Of a DNA stretch of 64,000 nucleotides, positions 9,165 to 19,736 are shown one piece after another. The notes beneath the pieces were generated by a model that saw only the letters and a program-made list of their open reading frames with translations, did not search any database and was not told where the DNA came from. The DNA lies in the NCBI GenBank assembly GCA_963740085.1, contig CAVUCU010000001.1, positions 864,001 to 928,000 of the forward strand. Reading direction: 5' to 3'. The position numbers were made by a program, and so were the translations under genes. Source of the DNA: Nitrospirota bacterium (GTDB lineage Bacteria; Nitrospirota; UBA9217). Every line of letters begins with the position of its first letter. The stretch's first letter is position 1.

Positions 9165-11711
9165 ATGCACAAACCCCTCATCTTAATCACGCTGGCGTAC
9201 ACTGCGGGCCTCCTGCTCGGGCACGGGTTCCTCTATTTTCCGTATTCGGTCAGCATCCTCGCGATCCTCTGCATTCTGATCACAGGGATCTTCTCCTGGC
9301 TTAACCGATTGACGCCCCGCCGCTTCCTGCTCGTCATCATCCCCGGATTCGTCGGCATGGCGGCGTACCTTTACTCGGCCGCATGGTCCCCGGCAGGCAA
9401 TTACACCCGCCATTTCACTCCCGATAAGGCGTTCCACGATATCATCGGCAGGATCGATTCGCCTCTTGAACGCGATCCTGACCGGACCGGCTTTGTCATG
9501 GAGATCAGGGAAATTGACGGCAGCGCCATGACCGGCAAGATACGCGTAAGTGTGCGCGAGGAAATGAACTCGGTCGGATACGACGATATCATCCGCGCCA
9601 GGGGAAAAGTGTTCGAACCGGCGGGGTTCAACAATCCCCGGGGGTTCGATTACGCCGGATATCTTGCCCAAAACAATATCTACGGGATATTGAACGTCAA
9701 GAACTCGGACGCGATCCAGGTCATGATCCGCGGCGCCGGCATATTCAGAACGATCCAGGATTGGCGGGAGCGGATCCGCCAGTCGTTTCTGAGATCCGCC
9801 ACGGGTGACGGATCGGCCATCCTCCAGGCCATGGTGCTCGGCGAGGAGGGCAGACTCACCGACGAGCTGCGGGATCGGTTCATGGCCGCCGGCGTCACGC
9901 ACATCATCTCCATCTCCGGCTCCCACCTCGGCATGGTAGCGGTCCTCTGCTTCGGCCTGATCAGGTGGCTGCTGTTCATGATGCCGGAACGGTTCTATCA
10001 CCGCATGACCCTGCACACGGACCCGAAAATTATCGCGGCATGGCTTACGCTTCCCCTCGTGGTCTTTTATACGCTCCTCGCCGGGGGACAGGTGGCGACG
10101 GTCCGCTCGCTCATCATGATCTCAGCCGGACTAATGGCGCTCATCCTGGACCGGGAGAACGCGCTCATGCACGCACTTGCCCTTGCCGCGCTCTTCATCC
10201 TCATCACGAGCCCGCAGGCGATCTTCGACATCTCGTTCCAGCTTTCGTTTCTTTCCGTCCTGGTCATCGGCTGCGCGGTCTCACTCTGGAACGAGCTGCA
10301 ATTCAAGCCAGGAACCCGTTTCCAGAAGATCAGGAACAGCGCCCTGCTGCTCATCATCATATCCGTTTCCGCAAGCCTCGCGACCGGACCGCTTGTCGCG
10401 TACTACTTCAACCAGATCTCGTTCGCCGGCGTCGTCTCGAACCTCATCATCGTCCCTTTTGCAGGCATGGTGGTCGTTCCGCTCGGACTGTTTTCAGGGA
10501 TAGTCTCCCTCTTCACCGGCCGCCTGCCGCTGGTTTGGCTGAACCAGGGCGTTTCGGACATATTCGTCGGCGCTGTCTCCTTCTTTTCCCGGCTCCCCTT
10601 CGCGGAATTTCATCCCCCGGCGCCCGCACCGCTTTGGCTGCTGCTCTATGCTGTTTTCTTTATCTCCCTGTTCATGCACGCAAGGGCGCGCCTGCTCGCC
10701 CGGTTCAAGCCGTTCGAATCATCATCGCGAATTTCAAAGATGCCGGTTGTCGGCATGGCGCTCGCGGGCATGTGTTTGATGCTTCTGCTTGCCCTCTCCT
10801 TCATGCCCGGACAGCGCATGCTGGTCAGCTTTCCCGACGTGGGCCAGGGCGACTGCGCGCTCATCGAGCTCCCCGGGGGACAGACCGTCCTGATCGACGG
10901 CGGAGGCACCCGCGACAACCGGTTTGACATCGGGCGGCGCATCCTTGCCCCCTGGCTCTGGAACAAGGGCATCCGCAGGCTGGACCTCGTGATCATGTCT
11001 CACCCCCATCCGGACCATATGAACGGGCTTATTGCGATCCTGAAAAAATTCGAGGTGGCTGCTGTCTGGGAAAGCGGACTGGATACCAACCTGCCGGGCT
11101 ATGGTGAGTTCCGCGCGGTGATGCAGGACAGAAAGATACGCCATCGCCTTGTTTCGGCCGATGATCCGCCGATGATGCTCGGCGAGGCGATGATCTCCGT
11201 GCTCCATCCGCGCAGGGGAGTTGAGACACTCGACCGGCAGGCCTTTGCGGCGGAGAACAACCGTTCGCTTGTCGTGCAGATCAGGTCGGAAGGCACCAAC
11301 CTTTTATTCACCGGTGATATCGGGATCAAGATGGAAAGGAACATCATGGAATCGATCAAGGGCCTGAAAATCGGCCTTATCAAAGTCCCGCATCATGGAA
11401 GCAAGAGCTCGAGCAGCGAAGACTTTGTATCACAGACGCAGCCCGAAGTAGCGGTCATGACCGTTGGCCGGGGGAACCAGTATCATCATCCGTCCGATGA
11501 GGTCGTTGCGCGCTATGAGAGGATCGGGGCGCAGATCTGCAGGACGGATCTTGACGGCGCAGTGACGATAGCGGTGAATAAGGGGAGATTTGCGATACAG
11601 CGATGGAATGACCTGAGACTGCGGCGGATCGTGCTCTCCGACCGAGCGGCCTGGGGCGACCAGGAACAGGTGAACGGGGGCAGGCTCCGGATCAGGGCAT
11701 GGGGGCTTTGA
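9165..11711 (+). CDS. comEC: DNA uptake channel ComEC/Rec2
   Basis: HIISISGSH competence motif, SFQLSF, and an MBL domain (DVGQGD, SHPHPDH, PHHGSKSSS). Confidence 0.95.
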   Translation: MHKPLILITLAYTAGLLLGHGFLYFPYSVSILAILCILITGIFSWLNRLTPRRFLLVIIPGFVGMAAYLYSAAWSPAGNYTRHFTPDKAFHDIIGRIDSPLERDPDRTGFVMEIREIDGSAMTGKIRVSVREEMNSVGYDDIIRARGKVFEPAGFNNPRGFDYAGYLAQNNIYGILNVKNSDAIQVMIRGAGIFRTIQDWRERIRQSFLRSATGDGSAILQAMVLGEEGRLTDELRDRFMAAGVTHIISISGSHLGMVAVLCFGLIRWLLFMMPERFYHRMTLHTDPKIIAAWLTLPLVVFYTLLAGGQVATVRSLIMISAGLMALILDRENALMHALALAALFILITSPQAIFDISFQLSFLSVLVIGCAVSLWNELQFKPGTRFQKIRNSALLLIIISVSASLATGPLVAYYFNQISFAGVVSNLIIVPFAGMVVVPLGLFSGIVSLFTGRLPLVWLNQGVSDIFVGAVSFFSRLPFAEFHPPAPAPLWLLLYAVFFISLFMHARARLLARFKPFESSSRISKMPVVGMALAGMCLMLLLALSFMPGQRMLVSFPDVGQGDCALIELPGGQTVLIDGGGTRDNRFDIGRRILAPWLWNKGIRRLDLVIMSHPHPDHMNGLIAILKKFEVAAVWESGLDTNLPGYGEFRAVMQDRKIRHRLVSADDPPMMLGEAMISVLHPRRGVETLDRQAFAAENNRSLVVQIRSEGTNLLFTGDIGIKMERNIMESIKGLKIGLIKVPHHGSKSSSSEDFVSQTQPEVAVMTVGRGNQYHHPSDEVVARYERIGAQICRTDLDGAVTIAVNKGRFAIQRWNDLRLRRIVLSDRAAWGDQEQVNGGRLRIRAWGL

Positions 11712-12600
11712 TGGGATACACCTTCAGGAAGCCCAGGAACTCCTTGGCCGTGTGCGTACAATAGTTGCGTTTAGGCGAGATGATGCTGAAGTTCCGCTGG
11801 AACTTGAGGTCCTTGAAGGTCATGGCCTTCAGGATTCCATGCTTGATCGCCTGGCGAGCGGACCAGGCCGAGACGATCGACACCCCGACGCCTTCCTCCA
11901 CCGCACTCTTGATCGATTCGCTGCTGCCGAGCACGAGCGAGATCTTGAGGTCGGACAGCTTGATCCCGTGATCTTCGAGATGTTTCAGGATGATCTGGCG
12001 GGTGCCGGACCCTTCTTCACGAAGGATGAGCGGCTCCTTGATCAGGTCCATGGCCGGAATGTTGCGGCGCTCCGCCCAGGAGTGCGCAGGCGACATGATC
12101 ACCACCAGTTCGTCCGAGAGAAGGACATCGACGGCAAAGCGTTGTTTGCTCACGTCCCCTTCCACCAGGGCAATATCGATCTCACCGGCATTCAATTTTT
12201 CGGTGATGGTCTTGGTGTTGCTCACCAGGAGAGATATGTTGACCCGGGGTACCTTTTTCTTGAACGCCGAGATGATCGTGGGAAGAAGGTAATTGCCGAT
12301 CGTCGAGCTGGCGCCGATGGAGAGGGAACCCTTGATCGATCCGGTTATCTCACTGATGTTCTTCTGCGCCTCGGCATAGAGCGCAAGGATCTCCTTGGCC
12401 CGCCTGTAAAGGATCTCGCCCGCCGGCGTCAGATTGATGGAATTGCCGGACCGGTCGAACAGACGGGTCTCGTAGAGTTCCTCCATGGCCTGCACCTGAA
12501 GGCTCACCGCGGGCTGGGTAAGGTGAATGAGCTCCGATGCCTTGGAAAAGCTCTTCGTATCTGCGACGGCGCAGAACACTCTTAGTTTATGATCTTCCAT
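11692..12600 (-). CDS. LysR-family regulator (CysL/YeiE-like)
   Basis: SFSKAS..LTQPAVS HTH, IGASSTIGNYLLP, REEGSGTR; 20-bp convergent overlap with comEC. Confidence 0.92.
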   Translation of the reverse strand: MEDHKLRVFCAVADTKSFSKASELIHLTQPAVSLQVQAMEELYETRLFDRSGNSINLTPAGEILYRRAKEILALYAEAQKNISEITGSIKGSLSIGASSTIGNYLLPTIISAFKKKVPRVNISLLVSNTKTITEKLNAGEIDIALVEGDVSKQRFAVDVLLSDELVVIMSPAHSWAERRNIPAMDLIKEPLILREEGSGTRQIILKHLEDHGIKLSDLKISLVLGSSESIKSAVEEGVGVSIVSAWSARQAIKHGILKAMTFKDLKFQRNFSIISPKRNYCTHTAKEFLGFLKVYPIKAPMP

Positions 12601-12767
12601 AGTAAGTTGGATAATCGAAAGGGTACTGGTGTAGATGGTGGATATGAGCCCGATTGTCTGTCCTATTAATATTATTTATAAAGCATCCACTTATTATTGT
12701 CAAGAAGTTTGTCGCGAACCATCCCGATTGTTTTGCGGCAACGTGTGCAAAAAGTGAAAAAATTATC

Positions 12768-12795
12768 TTGACATTTCCCCGTTTAAAGTTAAAAT
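12768..12795 (+). promoter_or_regulatory. Sigma70 promoter of the small ORF
   Basis: TTGACA-N16-TAAAAT. Confidence 0.55.
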
Positions 12796-12834
12796 GCACG
12801 GGTTTCGAAGTATTAAACCGGAGGTGAATGTATC

Positions 12835-13008
12835 ATGGCAGAAATGAGTAAAACCGCCAAGGCGGCTACAAAAAAGGCAATTGTGAACCAAAACGTGCCC
12901 CAGTGTTGCGCCAAGCCCATGCAGGCGGCAAAGATGATGTCCACGACCGGCAAGGTCCGCGGCATGATGTGGTTCTGCGATAAATGTCAGAAAGAAAAGG
13001 CGCTTTAA
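12835..13008 (+). CDS. Small 57-aa Cys-containing (zinc-ribbon-like) protein absent from the ORF track
   Basis: MAEMSKTAKAATKKAIVNQNVPQCCAKPMQAAKMMSTTGKVRGMMWFCDKCQKEKAL; GGAGGTG RBS, upstream promoter and downstream terminator. Confidence 0.8.
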   Translation: MAEMSKTAKAATKKAIVNQNVPQCCAKPMQAAKMMSTTGKVRGMMWFCDKCQKEKAL

Positions 13009-13036
13009 GCCGTTTCTTCAGTTATCGTTTCTTTGC

Positions 13037-13066
13037 AAGGCGGTGAGCATTTCACCGCCTTTTTTT
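13037..13066 (+). terminator. Intrinsic terminator
   Basis: AAGGCGGTGA-gcatt-TCACCGCCTT followed by a T run. Confidence 0.85.
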
Positions 13067-13121
13067 ACGCACTTTTCTTGCGTTCCAATACCGTCATTGC
13101 CTCCCGCCCCATGAATTTGGG

Positions 13122-13348
13122 TTCATTCGTAAAAAAGTTGAAACCCAATGTTTAACCACTGAGGCACGGAGCAAGGCCTGGAAACTCGGGGGATTTTAAA
13201 AACCTCGGGCTCCTTCGATTTTTCCTGAAAAATCAGAGTATCACAAAAAGACATTACTCTTAACACTCCGTAATAAAATAACATCGGTCCTCTGTGTCTC
13301 CGCGTTTCCGTGGTGAGAAAAGCCTTTTCAACTAAAATACGAAAGAAC
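13122..13348. repeat. Nested palindromic cassette (outer IR plus inner 9-nt-periodic arms)
   Basis: Outer TTCATTCGTAAAAAAGTTGAAA / TTTCAACTAAAATACGAAAGAA; inner AACCACTGAGGCACGGAG / CTCTGTGTCTCCGCGTTTCCGTGGTG. Confidence 0.7.
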
Positions 13349-13545
13349 TTGGGTTTGTGAGCGCCCGTCTCGCCAAAATAAGAAATGTCCGGTTCTTATC
13401 CGCCATCCAATCGCCTCGTATTTAAACAGGATGTTAACAGAAGGCACGCCGCCTTTTCTGATACTTTCTATCTAATATTTTGGAATACGGCCACTTTCCA
13501 AAATCTGTGTTATTCTTATAGGTTAGAAAGAGACTCTGGTGTGAA

Positions 13546-15075
13546 ATGACACGGATAATGCATTTGAGGATTACAACCGCTGCAGCGATCGCTGGCCTGG
13601 CATTGACCGGCTGTGCCGTAGGCCCTGATTTCCGGGCGCCCGAAGCCCCGAGCGCGAAAGAATACACCGCGACGGAGCTATTGAAACCCGGATCTGCAGC
13701 CGTTCCCGTGGCTGGCGGCGCTGCGCAGCGTCTTGCTCCGGGGCAGGAGATCCCCGCCCAATGGTGGACACTGTTCCGTTCCGCGGCGTTGGAGCAGTTG
13801 GTCCGCCAGGCGCTTGCGGACAACCCGACGCTTGCGGCAGCTCAGGCAACGCTCCGCCAGTCGCAGGAGGGTCTGCGCGCCGTTGTCGGCTCTGCGCTCT
13901 TCCCGCGCCTGGATGCGAACATCTCGGCTTCGCGCCAAAAGGTCTCTGGCGCCGCCTTCGGCCAGCCGGAAACCACGTTTAGTCCCTTTACGCTCTATAA
14001 TGCCTCGGTAAACGTCTCCTATGCGCTCGATCTATTCGGCGGTGCGCGGCGGGAGTTGGAATTTCTGAGGTCGCAGGTAGACTTTCAGCGCTTTCAGCTC
14101 GAAGGGGCCTATCTGACACTCACGTCGAATATCGTCACTGCGGCGGTGAAAGAGGCTTCCTTGCGCGCTCAGATGCAGGCGGTTCAGGAGATCCTGGCCG
14201 CGCAGACGAAGCAGAGCGATATGGTCGAACGCCAGTTCCAGCTCGGGGCGGTAGCGCGCTCGGACGTGCTCGCACAGCGGGCTCAACTCGCGCAGACGCG
14301 GGCGACCCTGCCGCCGCTGGAAAAGGAGCTCGCTCAGACGCGCCACCAGTTGGCAACGCTGACCGGCAAACTACCCGGTGAGGCAACGGCGCTGCCCGAG
14401 TTCAGCCTCGAGGAGCTGCAGCTGCCGGAGGAACTGCCGCTGAGCCTGCCGTCTTCACTGGCGCGCCAGCGCCCGGACATCCGGGCGGCAGAAGAGCTCT
14501 TGCACGCGGCGAGCGCGCAGATCGGCGTCGCGACCGCGAACCTCTACCCGCAGCTCACGCTGACCGGCAGCTACGGATCGGAAGCAGCCAAACTGAACAA
14601 CCTGTTCACCGGCAGCACCGCTGTGTGGAGCTTCGGAGCAGGGTTGCTGCAGCCCCTCTTTCATGGCGGAGAACTGACCGCAAAGCGCCGCGCCGCCGTC
14701 GCAGCCTACGATCAGGCGGAAGCGCAGTACCGCGCTACCGTCCTGCAGGCGTTCCGGAACGTGGCCGACGTACTTTGGGCGCTGGATGCGGATGCGCGCA
14801 CACTGACGGCGCAGGCCGACGCGGAACAGGCTGCGCGCGACTCGTTCGACCTGACGCAGAAGCAGTTTCAACTGGGCGCGGTAAGCTATCTTTCGCTGCT
14901 GAACGCCGAACGCCAGCACCAGCAGGCGAGGATCGGTCTGATCCAGGCGCAGGCCGTGCGTTTTGCAGACACGGCGGCGCTGTTCCAGGCGCTCGGGGGC
15001 GGGTGGTGGAACCGCGTGGAGGACGAAAAACAAGGGATGAAGAACGAGGGACGAGAGACGAGGGACGAGAGATGA
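13546..15075 (+). CDS. RND efflux outer-membrane lipoprotein (NodT/OprM family)
   Basis: LTGCAVGPDF lipobox, WWTLF, RPDIRAAE, ALGGGWWN. Confidence 0.95.
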   Translation: MTRIMHLRITTAAAIAGLALTGCAVGPDFRAPEAPSAKEYTATELLKPGSAAVPVAGGAAQRLAPGQEIPAQWWTLFRSAALEQLVRQALADNPTLAAAQATLRQSQEGLRAVVGSALFPRLDANISASRQKVSGAAFGQPETTFSPFTLYNASVNVSYALDLFGGARRELEFLRSQVDFQRFQLEGAYLTLTSNIVTAAVKEASLRAQMQAVQEILAAQTKQSDMVERQFQLGAVARSDVLAQRAQLAQTRATLPPLEKELAQTRHQLATLTGKLPGEATALPEFSLEELQLPEELPLSLPSSLARQRPDIRAAEELLHAASAQIGVATANLYPQLTLTGSYGSEAAKLNNLFTGSTAVWSFGAGLLQPLFHGGELTAKRRAAVAAYDQAEAQYRATVLQAFRNVADVLWALDADARTLTAQADAEQAARDSFDLTQKQFQLGAVSYLSLLNAERQHQQARIGLIQAQAVRFADTAALFQALGGGWWNRVEDEKQGMKNEGRETRDER

Positions 15076-15148
15076 CAGTCGAACAACGACAATCGACTTC
15101 CAGGGAACAGCGACTCACGGCGTCTATCGTCCATCGTCCATCGCTCTC
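15021..15148. repeat. 7-nt-periodic inverted-repeat cassette overlapping the OMF stop
   Basis: GGATGAA/GAACGAG/GGACGAG/AGACGAG/GGACGAG is opposed by CGTCTAT/CGTCCAT/CGTCCAT. Confidence 0.7.
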
Positions 15149-15166
15149 CAGTCAGAGGAGATCTTT

Positions 15167-16294
15167 ATGACCAAGCGAATGGTGATCATGCTGTTGATCG
15201 TCGGCGTACTTTTCGGCGGCATCTTCGGATATCGTGCTTTCAAGGCACGGATGAACAAAAAATACATGGCCTTCCGGCCTCCGCCGGCCGTGGTAACGGC
15301 TATCAAGGCCGAATCCTTGCCGTGGCAACCGCAGGTGAAAGCAATAGGGAGTCTGCGCGCCGTGCTCGGCGTGGACGTGACGAGCGAGATCGCCGGTCTC
15401 GTGCGCTCGGTCCAGTTCAAACCGGGCGAGGAGGTCAGCGAAGGCCGGATACTGCTGAAGCTCAATGACGACGCGGACAGAGCGCAGCTTCAGGCGCTCG
15501 AGGCGGCGGCTGAACTTGCGCAAACGGCATATGAGCGCGACAAAAAACAGTTCGAAGTGCAGGCCGTGAGCCAGGCGGCGCTCGATGCCGAAGCTGCCGA
15601 TCTCAAGAGCAAACGCGCCCAGGTCGCCCAGCAGCAGGCGCTGGTCTCCAAGAAGACCATTCGCGCCCCCTTTGCCGGCAGGCTCGGTATCAGCACCGTG
15701 AACCCCGGGCAGTACATGAATCCCGGGGACAAGATCGTCACCCTCCAATCGCTGGGCTCCATCTACGCCGACTTTTTTCTGCCGCAGCAGGAGCTTTCCC
15801 GCATTGCGATCGGTCAAGCTGTCGCTGTCACCACCGACACGTACCCCGGCCGCACATTCTCCGGAAAGATCACCACCATCAACCCGAAGGTGGACACTGA
15901 AACGCGAAACTTCCAGGTCGAAGCCTTGATCGCCAATCCAAAGCACCAACTGCTGCCGGGCATGTATGCGACAATCGACATCCGGGCAGGTGCAATACAG
16001 CGTTATTTGACCGTGCCGCAGACATCCGTAACCTTCAACCCCTATGGCGACACCGTTTATATCACCCAGGAAAGCGGCAAGGGCCCTGACAACAAACCGC
16101 TCCTGACCGTCAAGCAGGCCTTCGTCACCCTTGGTCCCACGCGCGGCGACCAGGTGGCGGTCCTCACGGGAGTGAAGGAAGGCGATACGGTGGTCACGAG
16201 CGGTCAAATGAAACTGAAAAACGGCAGCGCCGTGGTCATCAACAACCAGGTCCAGCCGAGCAATGAAGAAGCGCCCAAACCGGAAGACCAATAA
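15167..16294 (+). CDS. RND efflux membrane fusion protein
   Basis: N-terminal TM, IRAPFAGRLG, LLPGMY, GDTVVTSGQ. Confidence 0.95.
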   Translation: MTKRMVIMLLIVGVLFGGIFGYRAFKARMNKKYMAFRPPPAVVTAIKAESLPWQPQVKAIGSLRAVLGVDVTSEIAGLVRSVQFKPGEEVSEGRILLKLNDDADRAQLQALEAAAELAQTAYERDKKQFEVQAVSQAALDAEAADLKSKRAQVAQQQALVSKKTIRAPFAGRLGISTVNPGQYMNPGDKIVTLQSLGSIYADFFLPQQELSRIAIGQAVAVTTDTYPGRTFSGKITTINPKVDTETRNFQVEALIANPKHQLLPGMYATIDIRAGAIQRYLTVPQTSVTFNPYGDTVYITQESGKGPDNKPLLTVKQAFVTLGPTRGDQVAVLTGVKEGDTVVTSGQMKLKNGSAVVINNQVQPSNEEAPKPEDQ

Positions 16295-16301
16295 GGGAGG
16301 C

Positions 16302-16416
16302 AAGCTCTAAGTACGAATGCCGAAATCCTAAACAATTCCTAAACTCAAAAGTGCCAAGTTTTTAATTTTGATCATTCAATATTGTTTAGGGTTTCGCTGT
16401 TCGATATTAGGATTTG
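16302..16416. repeat. 7-nt-periodic inverted-repeat cassette between MFP and RND genes
   Basis: AAGCTCT/AAGTACG/AATGCCG/AAATCCT/AAACAAT is opposed by ATTGTTTAGGGTTTCGCTGTTCGATATTAGGATTT. Confidence 0.7.
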
Positions 16417-16420
16417 AATT

Positions 16421-19400
16421 ATGAATTTCACCGACCTCTTCATAAAGCGTCCCGTGCTCGCCACGGTGGTGAGTCTCCTGATCCTCGTCCTGGGCCTTCG
16501 TTCCGTGGGGATTCTGCCCGTGCGCCAGTACCCGCTCATCCAGAACGCGGTCGTCACGGTCCAGACGGTCTATTACGGGGCCGACGCGGAGCTTGTGGCC
16601 GGGTTCATCACGACGCCGCTCGAAAACTCCGTTGCGCAGGCAAACGGGGTCGACTACCTCACGTCATCAAGCAGGCAGAGTGTGAGCACGATCCAGGCCA
16701 CCCTCCGCCTGAATTATGATCCGAACAAGGCCCTGACCGAGATCAATACCAGGGTCAACGCGGTACTGAACCAGCTGCCCCGGGATGCGCAGCAGCCTGT
16801 GATCACCATTGCCATCGGCGAGACGATCGATTCGATGTACATCGGATTCTCGAGCACGGTGCTGCCTACGAACAAGATCACCGATTACCTGATCCGCGTG
16901 GTGCAGCCCAAGCTGCAGGCCGTGGAGGGCGTCCAGACTGCCGAGATCCTCGGCAAACGCCAGTTCGCGCTCCGCGCATGGCTCGACCCGGTGAAGATGG
17001 CGGCCCTGGGGGTCACGGCCACGGACGTGAGCAATGCCCTGTCGACGAACGATTACATCTCCGCACTGGGCCGCACCCAGGGCCGGATGGTGACCGTGGA
17101 CCTGATCGCCGACACGACCCTGCACTCGGTGGAGGAATTCAAGGACCTCGTGATCCGGTCGAAGAACAACGCCCTCGTTCGCCTCGGCGACGTGGCCAAT
17201 GTCACGCTCGGCGCCGAAGACTACGACACGGCGGTGACCTTTGACGGGAAGAGCGCGGTGTACATCGGCATCAAGGTGGCGCCCACGGCCAACCTGCTCT
17301 CCGTGATCGACGGCGTGCGCAAGACCTTCCCGTCCATCGCCGGGCAACTGCCCGAAGGCCTGGAAGGCCGCATCGTGTACGACGCCACGAAGTACGTGAA
17401 CAGCTCCATCCGCGAGGTCGTCAAAACGCTCGCCGAGGCGATCTTGATCGTGACGGTAGTGATCTTCCTCTTTCTCGGCACCGTGCGGTCGGTGATCATC
17501 CCCACGATCGCCATGCCGCTGTCCCTGATCGGCGCGTTCTTCATCATGCTTATCCTCGGTTACACCATCAACCTTCTGACCCTCCTCGCGCTGGTCCTGG
17601 CGATCGGCCTCGTGGTCGATGATGCCATCATCGTTGTGGAGAACGTGCACCGCCACATGGAGGGCGGCATGAAGCCCCTGCCCGCGGCGATCCAGGGCGC
17701 TCGCGAGCTTGCCGGGCCCATTGTCGCGATCTCGGTGGTGCTCATTGCCGTGTATGTTCCCATTGGATTTATGGGCGGCCTTTCAGGTGCGCTCTTTACC
17801 GAGTTCGCCTATACGCTGGCCGGGGCCGTTGCGGTTTCCGCCGTCATCGCGCTCACGCTCTCTCCCATGATGTGCTCGCGTTTCCTCAAGCCCTATGAGC
17901 ACGGCAGCCAGAAGGGCTTTGCGGCCTGGATCGACCGGCGCTTCTCCGACCTGCGGCAAGGCTACGAGCGCCTGCTGCACGCTTCCCTCAATACCCTCGC
18001 GGTCACGGGCGTGTTCGCCGCGTTCATCCTTGCGAGTATTTATTTCCTCTACGTGACCTCGAAGAGCGAGCTGGCGCCGCAGGAAGATCAGGGGATCATC
18101 ATCGCCTTGACCACGGCCTCGCCTGACTCCACGCTTGAGCAGACACTACTCTCGACCCGGCAGGTGTTCGACGTCTTTACCTCATATCCCGAAACTGACC
18201 ACGTGTTCCAGTTCGCCGGCGTGAACGGGTTAAATATCGCCTTCGCCGGCATGGTCTTCAAGCCCTGGGACGAGCGGAAGCGCACCTCGATCGAACTGCA
18301 GCCGCAGGTTCAGATGAAGCTGGGTCAGATCGCGGGGTCGCGCTCCGCCGCATTCCTGCCGTCGCCGCTCCCGGGCAGCAGCGGTCTGCCGGTGCAGTTC
18401 GTGATCGGCACCACCGAATCCTACGAGCGCCTGAACGATGCGGCCCAGGCGCTTCTGGGAAAAGCTTACGCGAGCGGCGTCTTCGCCTATCTTGATTCCG
18501 ACCTCAAGATCGACAAGCCGCAGGTCACCGTCGAGATCGACCGCGACAAGACCGCGGGGCTCGGCCTCACGATGCGCGACGTGGGCGGCGCCCTGGGGTC
18601 CATGCTGGGCGGCGGCTATGTGAACTATTTCAGTCTTGCCGGCCGCTCCTACAAGGTCATCCCGCAGGTGATGCAGCGAGAACGGTTGAACGCCGCGCAG
18701 CTCGGGAACTACTACATCACGACGCTGAATGGATCATCGGTCCCGCTCTCAACGATCATCCGGCTCAGGACGGATGTGGTGCCCGAGTCCCTGAACCATT
18801 TTCAGCAGCTTAACTCGGCTACCATATCCGGTGTGCTGATGCCGGGAGTAACCCTGGGGCAGGCCCTGGAAACCCTCAAAGGACTGGCAAAGGATGCGCT
18901 GCCCCAGGGCTACAGCGTCGATTACGCGGGCCAGTCGCGGCAGTACGTGCAGGAATCGACGGCCCTGGAAGTGACGTTCCTGTTCGCGCTCATTATCATC
19001 TTTCTCGCGCTCGCGGCCCTGTTCGAGAGTTTCCGCGATCCCCTCATCGTGCTCGTGAGCGTCCCCATGTCGATATGCGGGGCCATGATCTTCATCAGCC
19101 TGGGCGTGGGCGGGTCAAGCCTGAACATCTACACCGAGGTGGGTCTCGTGACGTTGATCGGTCTCATCAGCAAACACGGGATCCTCATCGTCCAGTTCGC
19201 CAACGACCTGCAACGCGAAGGCAAGGCCAAGCGCGAGGCGGTGGAGACCGCGGCGGCCATCCGGCTCCGGCCGATCCTGATGACCACGGCTGCCATGGTC
19301 CTGGGCGTGCTGCCGCTCGTGACCGCGTCCGGCGCCGGCGCGGCAGGCCGCTTTAACATGGGGCTCGTGATCATGACGGGCATCTCAATTGGTACGTTGT

Positions 19401-19495
19401 TCACGCTCTTCGTGGTGCCGGCGATGTATCTGTTCCTCGCCGCAGAGCACGCGAAGGAGGGATCTGTTGAAGGGAGCGTGGAGGGAGCGCCGTAA
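16421..19495 (+). CDS. RND efflux permease (AcrB/MexW-like)
   Basis: FIKRPV, GLVVDDAIIVVEN, RLRPILMTT; 1024 aa. Confidence 0.96.
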   Translation: MNFTDLFIKRPVLATVVSLLILVLGLRSVGILPVRQYPLIQNAVVTVQTVYYGADAELVAGFITTPLENSVAQANGVDYLTSSSRQSVSTIQATLRLNYDPNKALTEINTRVNAVLNQLPRDAQQPVITIAIGETIDSMYIGFSSTVLPTNKITDYLIRVVQPKLQAVEGVQTAEILGKRQFALRAWLDPVKMAALGVTATDVSNALSTNDYISALGRTQGRMVTVDLIADTTLHSVEEFKDLVIRSKNNALVRLGDVANVTLGAEDYDTAVTFDGKSAVYIGIKVAPTANLLSVIDGVRKTFPSIAGQLPEGLEGRIVYDATKYVNSSIREVVKTLAEAILIVTVVIFLFLGTVRSVIIPTIAMPLSLIGAFFIMLILGYTINLLTLLALVLAIGLVVDDAIIVVENVHRHMEGGMKPLPAAIQGARELAGPIVAISVVLIAVYVPIGFMGGLSGALFTEFAYTLAGAVAVSAVIALTLSPMMCSRFLKPYEHGSQKGFAAWIDRRFSDLRQGYERLLHASLNTLAVTGVFAAFILASIYFLYVTSKSELAPQEDQGIIIALTTASPDSTLEQTLLSTRQVFDVFTSYPETDHVFQFAGVNGLNIAFAGMVFKPWDERKRTSIELQPQVQMKLGQIAGSRSAAFLPSPLPGSSGLPVQFVIGTTESYERLNDAAQALLGKAYASGVFAYLDSDLKIDKPQVTVEIDRDKTAGLGLTMRDVGGALGSMLGGGYVNYFSLAGRSYKVIPQVMQRERLNAAQLGNYYITTLNGSSVPLSTIIRLRTDVVPESLNHFQQLNSATISGVLMPGVTLGQALETLKGLAKDALPQGYSVDYAGQSRQYVQESTALEVTFLFALIIIFLALAALFESFRDPLIVLVSVPMSICGAMIFISLGVGGSSLNIYTEVGLVTLIGLISKHGILIVQFANDLQREGKAKREAVETAAAIRLRPILMTTAAMVLGVLPLVTASGAGAAGRFNMGLVIMTGISIGTLFTLFVVPAMYLFLAAEHAKEGSVEGSVEGAP

Positions 19496-19538
19496 TCCGG
19501 TTAATCCGAACCCGGGCACGCCGGAACCAAAAAGGCGT

Positions 19539-19675
19539 CTCTCGCAGAGCATGCAGAGAACGCAGAGTTAAATCAAAACCTTTTAGTTTAAACTGGAACA
19601 TTTTTTGAGTGTTTTTCTGCGAACGCTGCGGAAGTCCTAAGTGGCCGCTTTTCTTTCATAGGCTACCGCGAGAAC
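19539..19675. repeat. 9-nt-periodic palindromic cassette (degenerate)
   Basis: CTCGCAGAG/CATGCAGAG/AACGCAGAG is opposed by TTCTGCGAACGCTGCG...GCGAGA. Confidence 0.55.
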
Positions 19676-19736
19676 ATTTCTTACCGTCTTGCGTGGGTAA
19701 AAGGATTACCATTACGAAAAAACAAAAGAGGCCTTC

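Noticed and set aside
11692-11711. comEC/LysR convergent overlap as regulation
   Set aside because: A 20-bp tail-to-tail overlap is common and not informative alone.
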